40,441 bases of DNA from a virus, in the IMG/VR virus record IMGVR_UViG_3300026532_000002, positions 1-40,441 of that record, one strand, 5' to 3'. Each line of letters begins with the position of its first letter. The first letter of the stretch is position 1. A program made the position numbers and the translations under genes. The notes below the pieces were generated by a model, which was given only the letters and a program-made list of their open reading frames with translations, did no database searches and had not been told where the DNA came from. Positions 15,326 through 24,218 of this stretch are shown piece by piece.

Positions 15326-16749
15326 GGTCGTGGTTGTTCCCGCCCCAGCTGATTGGCCGGGCCACGGAGGCCACCCCGGACCAAGTGGTGGCCACCGGCG
15401 CGGCCGGCGGGTCGTGGGGCACGGACCCGGTTGACAATGACGCCGGCTGGCGACCGGCGGGCAGTGCGGGCCGCGAGATCCCCCCGTGGACCAACGAAAA
15501 GGCCAGGATCTACAGCGTTGCGGCTTATCGGTCCAACCCGATGGCCCGCGCGATCATTGATACCTACACGAGCTTCTGCGTCGGCGATTCGGGCGTGACC
15601 TACCAGGTCACTAATCCGCAGGTCCGGGCAGTGGTTGAGGAGTTTTGGGAGGACCCCCGCAACCAGATCGGCCAGTCTCAGGAGTTGGGGTTGCGGTCAA
15701 ATCTGCTGCTGGGTGAGACGATTCGAGAGCTTATGGTGGGCCCCACGTCGGGCGTGGTGCGTTATAGCCCGATCGAACCGGCCACCGTTGCCGAGATCAC
15801 CCTGACGGCGGGTAACCCGCTGTGGCCGGATCGGGTGTGGTTCCGCTCCGGATCCGACCTGCGGTCACTGAAGGTTGCCGCGGTGGACGACGCCACGGGG
15901 CTCCGCGACGGTGAGGCGTTGTTTTGGGCGCCGTTTAGGTCCTTGGAAACCGACGTGCGGTCGGCACCGTTCCTCATGCCGATTCTGGACTGGTTGGACA
16001 GTTACGACACGGTGCTGTCCAACCTGATCGACCGTACGGCGCTGGCCCGGTACCTCGTGTGGGACGTCACCGTTGAGGGCGGCCAGGAAGAGGTGGACAA
16101 CTTCGTCCGGACCCGCGGCGGCACCCACGTGCCCCGGTCCGGCACCGTGGAGGTGCACAACCAGGCGGTGACGTGGGAGCCCAAAACGGCGCCCACCGGC
16201 GCCGAGGAGGACTCGGTGGCTGCCCGTTCCGTGCTCACCCTCGCGGCCGCCGGGTCTGGGCTGGCGAAAACATGGCTCGCGGAGCCCGAGGGCGCCAACC
16301 GGGCAACCAGCCACACCATGGCTGAGCCGGTGCGGCGTCGGGTAGCCGGCGTGCAAAAGACCTGGCTGGGGTATCAGACCGAGCTCGTCCGGTTCGCGGT
16401 GGACCGGGCGGTGGCGGCACGCCGGTTGCCGGCGACAGTGGAGGCGGTGGACCCGAAAACCGGCCAGTCTTACCAGTTGCCCGCGTCGCGGACGGTGATG
16501 GTTACCGGCCCCGAGATCGCCGCGGCGGACGCCGAAATCACCGCCCAGGTGCTGCTCAACCTCTCCACTGGGCTGGAAAAGCTTCGGGGAATCGGTGCGC
16601 TGACCGAGGAAGCCACCGCGGTTGCTGCCCGGAAAGCGTGGGAGGACTTCGTGGGCGTCCCCTACACCGCGTCTCTGGATAGCTCTAACGCGAACCCTGG
16701 CGACCTGGCCACCCATGTTGACGCGAACGCGCGGCTGAAGGCCGTGTGA
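15322..16749 (+). CDS. Portal protein
   Basis: 475 aa directly after the terminase genes. Segment YRSNPMARAIIDTYTSFCVG is typical of portal proteins. Call rests on size, position and general resemblance only. Confidence 0.7.
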   Translation: MRSWLFPPQLIGRATEATPDQVVATGAAGGSWGTDPVDNDAGWRPAGSAGREIPPWTNEKARIYSVAAYRSNPMARAIIDTYTSFCVGDSGVTYQVTNPQVRAVVEEFWEDPRNQIGQSQELGLRSNLLLGETIRELMVGPTSGVVRYSPIEPATVAEITLTAGNPLWPDRVWFRSGSDLRSLKVAAVDDATGLRDGEALFWAPFRSLETDVRSAPFLMPILDWLDSYDTVLSNLIDRTALARYLVWDVTVEGGQEEVDNFVRTRGGTHVPRSGTVEVHNQAVTWEPKTAPTGAEEDSVAARSVLTLAAAGSGLAKTWLAEPEGANRATSHTMAEPVRRRVAGVQKTWLGYQTELVRFAVDRAVAARRLPATVEAVDPKTGQSYQLPASRTVMVTGPEIAAADAEITAQVLLNLSTGLEKLRGIGALTEEATAVAARKAWEDFVGVPYTASLDSSNANPGDLATHVDANARLKAV

Positions 16750-17084
16750 GAGACCCGGAAAGGGCGCTTGTGATGTCCCTGTCCCGTGAAGAGGCCGCGC
16801 GCCGCCTCGGCATGAAGGTTGCCGAGGTGGTCAAAGTGGAAGAGGGTCCGGCCGGCACGTGGGCCACCACCCATGACGGCGTGCGCACCCTACTCGCTAC
16901 TGTCGAGCCGGCCGCCGAGCTCGAGCCGGCTGACGAGGTGCCGGACGGTGCTGTTGGCGAGGTGCTCACCTGGGTTGGCGACGACTCAGCGCGTGCACGT
17001 GCCGCGCTGAAGGTGGAACAGGCCAAGCCCAAGCCCCGGACCGGGCTGGTTTTTGACCTGCGGAAACTGGCAGGTTCGGCATGA
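16746..17084 (+). CDS. Hypothetical head-module protein
   Basis: GTGA overlap with the portal gene and ATGA overlap with the capsid fusion gene. Confidence 0.5.
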   Translation: MRDPERALVMSLSREEAARRLGMKVAEVVKVEEGPAGTWATTHDGVRTLLATVEPAAELEPADEVPDGAVGEVLTWVGDDSARARAALKVEQAKPKPRTGLVFDLRKLAGSA

Positions 17085-19486
17085 CGGCCCCAGCGGCTGT
17101 GGTGTGCCCGGCCTGCGGTCACCAGTTCATCCCGGATGCCGGGGCGACACGGGCCACCGAGGCTGTCGAGGCTGACAACCCGAAAAAGCCCTACGGCGAC
17201 GTCAACTATGCGGACCCGGGATACCAGAAGGACGGCAAGGCCCGGTATCCGCTGGACACTGAGCAGCACGTTCGGGCCGCGTGGTCCTATATCAACCAGT
17301 CCGACAATGCCGCCCAGTACACCTCGGACCAGCTCAAGAACATCAAGGGGCGGATCCGGGCGGCAGCCAAGCGGTTCGGCATCGCTATCGCTGATCAGGC
17401 CACCGAAGCGGGTACGGTGACCGATTCTGACCGGCTGGCCGGTCGGGTCATTGAAGCCAAAGGCACTGGTAGCGATGGTGGGCGGATCTTCCGGGTGCGG
17501 GTCATCGCTTACGGTGACAGTAAGAACGCCAGACGCTATCCCGAAGCGGTGATGCGCGCCGCGGCGCCGCTGTATGAGGGCGTCAAGGCATATGACCACC
17601 ACCGCGCCGAGGGCGAATTGCGGTCTTCCACGATCAGCGGCCTCGTGGGCTACTACCGCAATGCCGAGGCCACCGGCGACGGGATCGAGGCCGACTTGCA
17701 TCTGCTCCCATCGGCCACCCGTGCCGCCGAGGCACTAGATACGAGCCTGACTATTCAGGGCGAGGGCTTGTCTCCGCTGGTGGGGATCAGTCACGACGTG
17801 ATGGCGATGTACCGGCCGATCGTGGCTGGCGGGCAACGGCTGCAAGAGGCCACCGCCATCGTGAAAGTTAATTCCGCCGACATCGTTGCCGATCCGGCCG
17901 CTGGTGGTCAGGCCACCCGCATGGTTGCCGGTGGCACGGAGATTACTGAGACCGACCCGGCGAGTGTCCGGGACGAGAGCACAAAGGAGTCCGACGTGAC
18001 TATCACGACCGCGGACGTGCTCGCCGCGTTCAAGGATGCCGACGATGACGCGCTCGCCGCGGTCGGCCTGCGCAAGGTGAGTGAGTCCACCACAACGACT
18101 GAGCCGTCCGCCGCTTCCGCAGTGGACTCAGCGCCTGTTGGGGGTGAGCCGAGCACCGAGAGCACTGGGACAGCGAAGGCATCGTTTATGGGCAAGTTCA
18201 TGATCCGCCAGATGGTTGCCGACGCCGGGTTGCCCGAGTCCGCCGTTGAGGCGGTGACCGCGCTGCTGCCGGAACAGGTCACCGAGGCTGATCTGTCCAC
18301 GCAGATCGCCGCGCTGAAGACAAGCCTGGGCTTGGTCGAGCGCACCGGGTTGACCCCTACGAACACTGCGGCGGTCACCCGAGAGGCGGTGGATAAGAAA
18401 CGCGATGCGCTAGATGCGTTCTTTGCGGGTGACTACGTTAACGGTTACCGGTCGTTCCGGGAGGCGTTTGCCGACTTCACCGGCCGTCGGCCGAAGTCCT
18501 TTGACGAGGACTACAACCGCGTCATCCTGCGCGAGTCACTCGGCGAGTACGATTCGGGCGTTACCCGGTCCACGGAAAGTATGGACTCTACTACCTGGAA
18601 CCTTGTACTCGGGGACAGTATTACTCGGCGCATGGTGGCCGAGTACGTTCAACCGTCTTTGCAGACGTGGCGGCAGGTCGTGAGCTCTACCCCGCCGGTC
18701 AATGACTTCCGTATTCAGCGGATTGAGCGCGTCGGCGGTTACGGCGTGCTGCCCGCAGTTAACCAGGGGGCGCCGTATCAGCCGCTCACGTCACCGACCA
18801 ACGAGGAAGTCACCTACACGGTCACCAAACGCGGTGGGACGGAAGACATCACACTGGAGATGATCGCCAACGATGACATCCGGGCTATCCAGCGCATTCC
18901 CGGCAAGCTCGGTCTAGCCGCGGCGCAGACTCTCTACCGGTTCGTCTGGGACATCCTGCCCACCAACGCAGCCACGTCTTACGACGCAACCGCGCTGTTC
19001 GCAGTTGGCCACGCCAACACGGACAACCCGGCCGTGCTCGGCCAGTCGACGCTGTCGGTTGGGCGGCGCAAGATGCGCAAGCAGACAGCCTACGGCGATT
19101 CAAGCGACGTGCTGTCGTTTACACCGCGCGTTCTCGTGGTGCCCCCCGACCTGGAGGAAATCGCGTTTCAGCTGGCGACATCGGCTGTGGCGATTCCGTC
19201 CACGCCGGCCGGTCCGACCGATACGCCGAACATCCACCAAGGTCTTCAGGTCATCGTCGTGGACTACTACTCGGATACGAATGATTGGTATCTGGTGTGT
19301 GACCCGGCGATGTGCCCAACGATCGAGGTCGGTTTCTATCAGGGCCGCCAAGATCCGGAACTGTTCACCCAATCTGACCCGAGCGTGGGTAGCGTGTTCA
19401 ACGCCGATAAAGTTACATATAAGATTCGGCATATTTACAGCGGAACCGTGTTGGATCACCGGGGTTTCTACCGTGGCTCCAACTGA
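17081..19486 (+). CDS. Scaffold/protease-like domain fused to an HK97-fold major capsid protein
   Basis: 801 aa. N-terminal CPACG ribbon and the YADPGYQKDGKARYPLDT..HVRAAWSYI motif. Acidic Ala/Thr-rich middle. C-terminal ~300 aa resemble a major capsid protein (NQGAPYQPLTS...TYTVTKRGG...LVVPPDLE...). No separate protease, scaffold or capsid ORF exists. Confidence 0.7.
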   Translation: MTAPAAVVCPACGHQFIPDAGATRATEAVEADNPKKPYGDVNYADPGYQKDGKARYPLDTEQHVRAAWSYINQSDNAAQYTSDQLKNIKGRIRAAAKRFGIAIADQATEAGTVTDSDRLAGRVIEAKGTGSDGGRIFRVRVIAYGDSKNARRYPEAVMRAAAPLYEGVKAYDHHRAEGELRSSTISGLVGYYRNAEATGDGIEADLHLLPSATRAAEALDTSLTIQGEGLSPLVGISHDVMAMYRPIVAGGQRLQEATAIVKVNSADIVADPAAGGQATRMVAGGTEITETDPASVRDESTKESDVTITTADVLAAFKDADDDALAAVGLRKVSESTTTTEPSAASAVDSAPVGGEPSTESTGTAKASFMGKFMIRQMVADAGLPESAVEAVTALLPEQVTEADLSTQIAALKTSLGLVERTGLTPTNTAAVTREAVDKKRDALDAFFAGDYVNGYRSFREAFADFTGRRPKSFDEDYNRVILRESLGEYDSGVTRSTESMDSTTWNLVLGDSITRRMVAEYVQPSLQTWRQVVSSTPPVNDFRIQRIERVGGYGVLPAVNQGAPYQPLTSPTNEEVTYTVTKRGGTEDITLEMIANDDIRAIQRIPGKLGLAAAQTLYRFVWDILPTNAATSYDATALFAVGHANTDNPAVLGQSTLSVGRRKMRKQTAYGDSSDVLSFTPRVLVVPPDLEEIAFQLATSAVAIPSTPAGPTDTPNIHQGLQVIVVDYYSDTNDWYLVCDPAMCPTIEVGFYQGRQDPELFTQSDPSVGSVFNADKVTYKIRHIYSGTVLDHRGFYRGSN

Positions 19487-19612
19487 TATCCACTGACCAC
19501 GTGCCTCGTGTCTGTTACCCGTACAGCGGGCACGGGGCACGTTTCCATCCGCTGTTGACCAGTTGAGGCGGCCGCTCGGCGGGTTCCGCGATCCCCAGAT
19601 CAAGGAGAGACC

Positions 19613-20020
19613 ATGCAGGTCAAAGAACTAAGTAGTAATTTCTCCGTGGACATTTATGTGGCTGGGCAGGCTACGGCAGGTACCCCGGATGAATTTACCG
19701 GATTCGTTGCCCCGTTCAACATGAAGATTGTCGCGGCGACGTGGACTCCCAAGTCGTCCATTACCGCCAACGGCACGAATTACTTCACTCTGACCGTCCG
19801 CAACCGCAAAGGCGACGCGTCGGGCACCGCCCAGTCGGCCACCCGGTCCTACGCGGCTACGAACTCCACGGCGCTAGTGCCGGAGTCCATGACGCTGTCC
19901 TCCACCGCATCGGACCTCAATCTGGTTACCGGAGACCACCTCACCATAGAAAAGCTGGTCACCGGTACCGGGTTGGCGATGCCGGCCGGCACCGTCCGCG
20001 TGTCTATACAGGGCCGCTGA
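19613..20020 (+). CDS. Hypothetical head/neck protein
   Basis: Strong RBS aaggagag before ATG 19613. 135 aa. Head-to-tail module position. Confidence 0.55.
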   Translation: MQVKELSSNFSVDIYVAGQATAGTPDEFTGFVAPFNMKIVAATWTPKSSITANGTNYFTLTVRNRKGDASGTAQSATRSYAATNSTALVPESMTLSSTASDLNLVTGDHLTIEKLVTGTGLAMPAGTVRVSIQGR

Positions 20021-20301
20021 TGAACCGGCCAGCGGCCAACCCGGTTGGCGTGACCGTTTCGGCGGTGGTGTTCACCGGGCCGTGCACCTACAAGGGCGTC
20101 TCGGTGCGGGAAACCGCCGGAGCCGCGGCTGTGGTGCGCGTTTACGACAACACCGCCGCTTCCGGCACGCTATTGGCCACGATCAGCCTGGCGCCCAACG
20201 GCCCTTTTGCCGAGAACCCGCCGGACGGGGTACGCGCGGCCAACGGCATCTACTGGTCGGTGGTGTCGGGCACCGTTGAGGGTTCGGTACGGGTGGGATG
20301 A
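20020..20301 (+). CDS. Hypothetical head-tail connector protein
   Basis: ATG 20020 overlaps stop 20018-20020 (TGATG). 93 aa. Confidence 0.5.
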   Translation: MNRPAANPVGVTVSAVVFTGPCTYKGVSVRETAGAAAVVRVYDNTAASGTLLATISLAPNGPFAENPPDGVRAANGIYWSVVSGTVEGSVRVG

Positions 20302-20305
20302 GCCG

Positions 20306-21289
20306 ATGCTGACTCGGGTTGCCCGTACCGCTACGGCCGTTCTCTCCCACACGTTCGTGGTCGGGGAGGTCGCAACAGACTCCACGACCACGGTCACCGT
20401 CACCATCGAAAGGTTGGATGGGACCACGGTGGCCAGTGGCAACGCCACCAGTGCCGGCGTGGGCACCGGTACCTACACCTTCACCCTGCCCTCACAGGCT
20501 CAACTGGACGCGTTGACCGTGGATTGGGCGGCCACCATCGTCGGTGCTGCCGTGACCGAGCGGGACCACGTAGAGATCTGCGGCGGGTTTCTCTTCACCC
20601 TGGCGGAAGCTCGCGCCAGTGACCCAAGCTTGGCGGACACGAGCAAATACACCGCCGCTGACCTGCGGGCCAAACGCCAGGAGGTAGAGGAGGAGTGCGA
20701 GCGGATCTGCGATCGGGCGTTCGTACCGCGTTATCAGCGCGCCGTGCTGGACGGCACGGGCACCACGGATATCTTACTGGCGGACGTCGACGCTCCCGGG
20801 TCTGGCGCGGATATCCGCACAATCCGCTCAGTATCCGTCGCACCCCGCGCCAATCAAACCTTTGTCGCGCTCACAGCCGGCGAACTGGCCGCCCTGGTCG
20901 TCACTCGCGATCGGGCACTACGCCGCGTCGACAGCGCAACGTGGACCGAAGGCGTGGCGAACATCGTGGTCGAGTACGAATTCGGGCTCGACGCACCGCC
21001 TGCCGAGCTCGAACGAGCGGCGCTGACCCGGCTGAGGACCCGGCTCAACATCGCTCGGTCAGCCATTCCCGACCGTGCCAGTTCATTCACTGCGGCCGAG
21101 GGCGGCACGTACCGGCTGGACATGCCCGGCGCCTGGAAAACAGGGCTGCCGGAGGTGGATGCCGTCTATGCCCGGTATTCCCTGCGCTCCGGTGCCGGTA
21201 CTGGTGCTGATGGCCGGGCTGTCCCGGCGTCCCGGCAGCTCAACTATGACCCGCAACACTGGGCGCTGTACCACGGCGGGGTGCGCTGA
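20306..21289 (+). CDS. Head-tail connector/adaptor-like structural protein
   Basis: ATG 20306 lies just after the previous stop. 327 aa. Stop overlaps ATG 21289. Confidence 0.5.
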   Translation: MLTRVARTATAVLSHTFVVGEVATDSTTTVTVTIERLDGTTVASGNATSAGVGTGTYTFTLPSQAQLDALTVDWAATIVGAAVTERDHVEICGGFLFTLAEARASDPSLADTSKYTAADLRAKRQEVEEECERICDRAFVPRYQRAVLDGTGTTDILLADVDAPGSGADIRTIRSVSVAPRANQTFVALTAGELAALVVTRDRALRRVDSATWTEGVANIVVEYEFGLDAPPAELERAALTRLRTRLNIARSAIPDRASSFTAAEGGTYRLDMPGAWKTGLPEVDAVYARYSLRSGAGTGADGRAVPASRQLNYDPQHWALYHGGVR

Positions 21290-21744
21290 TGGCCGGCACT
21301 AACGTTGTGGCGACGAAAAAGGCCCTAATAGCCAAGCTGGCGGCCGCGCCCAGCCTGGTCGGCGTGCAGGTGGACTACGCGTATAACGGGCGTAGCGTGG
21401 GCGCAGCGCGTGAATACCTCTTCGGTGGCTCGGCGCGCAGTGAGCACAGCCTCGCTACGTTCAAGACGGCCACGACCCGGATGACGCGGGACGAACAGGT
21501 CACCCTGCAAGTGCACATCATGGTGCGTGATATCACCAGTGACGCTATCGCGGCCGATGAACGCGCCCAGGCAATCGGGACGGTACTCGAAGAGCTCTTA
21601 GCCGGTGATCCAACGCTGGACGATTTGCCCGATCTGTTGTTTGCCGGGGTGACCGGCATTGAGCTCGGCGAGCCAGCCTATGACGATGACGGTGTCAGCT
21701 CATCCCTGAGCTATGAAGTCGGTTTCCGCTCCTATTTGAGCTGA
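21289..21744 (+). CDS. Neck / tail-terminator-like protein
   Basis: 151 aa, immediately upstream of the tail-tube genes. TGATG coupling. Confidence 0.45.
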   Translation: MAGTNVVATKKALIAKLAAAPSLVGVQVDYAYNGRSVGAAREYLFGGSARSEHSLATFKTATTRMTRDEQVTLQVHIMVRDITSDAIAADERAQAIGTVLEELLAGDPTLDDLPDLLFAGVTGIELGEPAYDDDGVSSSLSYEVGFRSYLS

Positions 21745-21751
21745 GGGTGTC

Positions 21752-22492
21752 ATGTCAAAGCTCGTTTTGCTGAATACGCGCCTGTTTGTGTCCGGCGCGG
21801 ACTTCACATCCAATTCCAATAAAGTGGAATTGGAAATGGAAGCGGACGACGTTGACGCCACGAACTTTGGGTCTGGCGGTTGGAAAGAGACCTTGCAGGG
21901 GTTGATTTCCACGAAGATAACAGGCGAGGGGCAGTGGGAGGCAGGCGACGCGGGCAAGGTCGACAACGCACTCTGGGCGGAGCTGAGTGCCGGTAGCCAG
22001 TCGCCGTGGACTGTGTGCCCGGTTGACGCCGCTGATGGTGCTTTGGCGTATTTCACCAAGGCTGTGGACACGAAATACGCTCTTTTGGGCGCGGTCGGTG
22101 ACGTTGCGCCGTGGTCCGCGGAGGGCATGGGGTCGTGGCCGGTAGCGCGCGGCGTGGTGGCGCATCCGCCGGGTACGGCCCGTACGGCTAACGGCACCGG
22201 TACGGGCGTTCAACTTGGTGCTGTAGCCGTAGGTCAGTACCTGTATGCGTCTTTGCACGTGTTGTCGGTGGCGGGCACGTCTACGCCGACGCTTACGGTG
22301 GTCATCGAGTCCGACGCCGATAATTCGTTCGCGTCGCCGATCACGCAGATCACGTTCGCTGCCGCTACCGCGCGTGGTGGCCAGATTGCGCGTACTGCCG
22401 GCGCGATCGCCGACACCTGGTATCGCGCGAAATGGACTATCACCGGGTCAAGCCCGTCGTTTCTTTTCCTCGTCGCTTTCGATGTGAGGTAA
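21752..22492 (+). CDS. Major tail (tube) protein with a C-terminal extension
   Basis: Segment KVELEMEADDVDATNFGSGGWKETLQGL is typical of siphovirus tube proteins. Position before the chaperones and tape measure. Confidence 0.65.
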   Translation: MSKLVLLNTRLFVSGADFTSNSNKVELEMEADDVDATNFGSGGWKETLQGLISTKITGEGQWEAGDAGKVDNALWAELSAGSQSPWTVCPVDAADGALAYFTKAVDTKYALLGAVGDVAPWSAEGMGSWPVARGVVAHPPGTARTANGTGTGVQLGAVAVGQYLYASLHVLSVAGTSTPTLTVVIESDADNSFASPITQITFAAATARGGQIARTAGAIADTWYRAKWTITGSSPSFLFLVAFDVR

Positions 22493-22495
22493 CCC

Positions 22496-22909
22496 ATGGC
22501 CAAGATGGTTCTCAAGGACTGTTATATCTCCATCAACAGTCAGAATTATTCGGCAAACGTCTCCAAAGTCGAGCTCGAGATGGAAGGCGACGACCAGGAC
22601 GTGACCACGTTTGGTTCCGGTGGTTGGAAAGAAATCCTTCAGGGGCTAAAGTCCGGTTCGTTGTCAGTGACATTCAAAGATGACTTCGCTGACAGTGCTG
22701 TCGATGATCTGTTGTGGGCCGTATTCAACGCGGGTAGCAACGTCGCGTTCGAACTACGCCCAACACAGTCCGCGGTGAGTGTGAACAACCCGAAGTATAC
22801 GGGGAACCTCACCCCGACCGGTCATAAAGTGGGTGGCGGCGTCGGTGACGTCGCTGAGAACGAAGTTAAGTTTCCGACCTCTGGCGTTGTTACCCGGGCG
22901 GAGTCGTGA
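22496..22909 (+). CDS. Tail-tube paralog (short form)
   Basis: Segment KVELEMEGDDQDVTTFGSGGWKEILQGL is clearly paralogous to the N-terminus of 21752..22492. Confidence 0.6.
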   Translation: MAKMVLKDCYISINSQNYSANVSKVELEMEGDDQDVTTFGSGGWKEILQGLKSGSLSVTFKDDFADSAVDDLLWAVFNAGSNVAFELRPTQSAVSVNNPKYTGNLTPTGHKVGGGVGDVAENEVKFPTSGVVTRAES

Positions 22910-23172
22910 TACCCGCCAACGCAAGGGTAGATCTTCAATCAAACGGCACGGGGCGAGTCGAGGTCGACGGTGTAGACGTTTCAAAACAGGTTAAGGCACT
23001 CACCTTGTCGGCGTCCGCAGGCCAACAATCGGAGCTCGTATTGCACTTCGTTTTGGGTGGTGTCGCTGTTTCCGGCGAGATCGATGTCGTTGTGGACGAC
23101 GAAACTCGTTGGGCACTTGTCGTGTTGGGTTGGATGCCGCCAGAAAAGCCGGACCATGGCGAAACTGGTTGA
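22906..23172 (+). CDS. Hypothetical tail-module protein
   Basis: GTGA overlap at 22906. 88 aa. Confidence 0.45.
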   Translation: MIPANARVDLQSNGTGRVEVDGVDVSKQVKALTLSASAGQQSELVLHFVLGGVAVSGEIDVVVDDETRWALVVLGWMPPEKPDHGETG

Positions 23173-23659
23173 TCTCGACCTGTCGCAGCCGGAGCGGAAA
23201 TTGCGGGATCTCGCGCGTGCGCTTCGGGCGGCAGAAGAGGGCAAGACTCTGCGCCGGGAACTGGTGAAAGGGCTCCGTTCAGCGGCTCAGCCAGCTCGGC
23301 AGGATGCACGTTCTGCGATAATGTCTATGCCGTCCACGACGAAACGCAAGGGTCCCGGGTTACGCGCGGCTATCGCAAAGAAGATCACGGTGGCTGCCAG
23401 GTCCTCTGGCCGCGCCGTTGGTGTGAAGATCGTCGCGAAGAAAACACCTAATCTTCGTGGTTTCACTAACGCGCCACGGCGCACAAACAGCCCGAAGGGT
23501 TGGCGCCACCCGGTGTACGGCCACCGCACCCGCTGGACGGCTCAGATCGGCAAACCAGGTTGGTTTGACGATGCGATAAAGAAACGTAAAAACGAATACC
23601 GCGAGGCGGTTGTTGACGCCATGGACAAGGTAGCCGACAAGGTCGCCGGGAAGGTTTAG
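23156..23659 (+). CDS. HK97 gp10-like neck/tail-completion protein
   Basis: Starts MAKLVDLDLSQPERKL and contains GWRHPVYGHRTRWTAQIGKPGWFDDA, resembling the gp10 family. Confidence 0.5.
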   Translation: MAKLVDLDLSQPERKLRDLARALRAAEEGKTLRRELVKGLRSAAQPARQDARSAIMSMPSTTKRKGPGLRAAIAKKITVAARSSGRAVGVKIVAKKTPNLRGFTNAPRRTNSPKGWRHPVYGHRTRWTAQIGKPGWFDDAIKKRKNEYREAVVDAMDKVADKVAGKV

Positions 23660-23661
23660 CG

Positions 23662-24057
23662 GTGATCGTTACGTACGCCCCGGACGGGCAGGAGCCTCAA
23701 CGGTGGGATTGGGACCCTACTAAGGTCCGTGCGGTTGAGGCTGAGCTGATCGAGAAGCGTTTTAACGGCACGTGGGATTCCTTCCGTATGGCTGTGCTGG
23801 AGGGGTCTGTGCGCGCTCGGCGCGTGCTTTTGTGGCATCTTCTGAAGCGTCAGCACCCGATACTGCGGCTGGGCGATGTGGATTATGGTTTGGGTGAGTT
23901 GACTGTTGAGATGACCCGGGCGGAACTTATGGAATTCCGTGGCGCTGTCGTCAAGGCGAAAGGAATTACTGACGAGGAGCGCGAGAAGGCGTTGCGCGCG
24001 CTGGACGCTGAGATCGAATCGGCTCCCGAGGTCGTCGACGTGGGAAAAGTCAGTTAG
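23662..24057 (+). CDS. Tail assembly chaperone (G-like)
   Basis: 131 aa directly upstream of the tape measure. Contains the slippery site near its 3' end. Confidence 0.7.
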   Translation: MIVTYAPDGQEPQRWDWDPTKVRAVEAELIEKRFNGTWDSFRMAVLEGSVRARRVLLWHLLKRQHPILRLGDVDYGLGELTVEMTRAELMEFRGAVVKAKGITDEEREKALRALDAEIESAPEVVDVGKVS

Positions 24058-24200
24058 AACAACAGCGACTCAAGTACTGCATGGCCGTCAGTGAGGTTCT
24101 CAATATTAGGCCGTGGGAGCAGCGCGAACTTCTCACGGTTGAGGAATTGCAAGCCGCTTTCGACTACGTCGACAGGCTTAATGAGAAGATGAAGCAGTGA
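23662..24200 (+). CDS. Tail assembly chaperone, -1 frameshift product (GT-like)
   Basis: After a -1 slip at G GGA AAA (24042-24048), the -1 frame is open to TGA 24198-24200. It encodes a protein-like tail: SQLEQQRLKYCMAVSEVLNIRPWEQRELLTVEELQAAFDYVDRLNEKMKQ. Confidence 0.65.
24042..24048 (+). promoter_or_regulatory. Programmed -1 ribosomal frameshift heptamer GGGAAAA
   Basis: X XXY YYZ pattern in the zero frame (G GGA AAA), 7 nt before the G stop codon. Confidence 0.65.
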
Positions 24201-24218
24201 GAGTGAGGATCGATTGCC

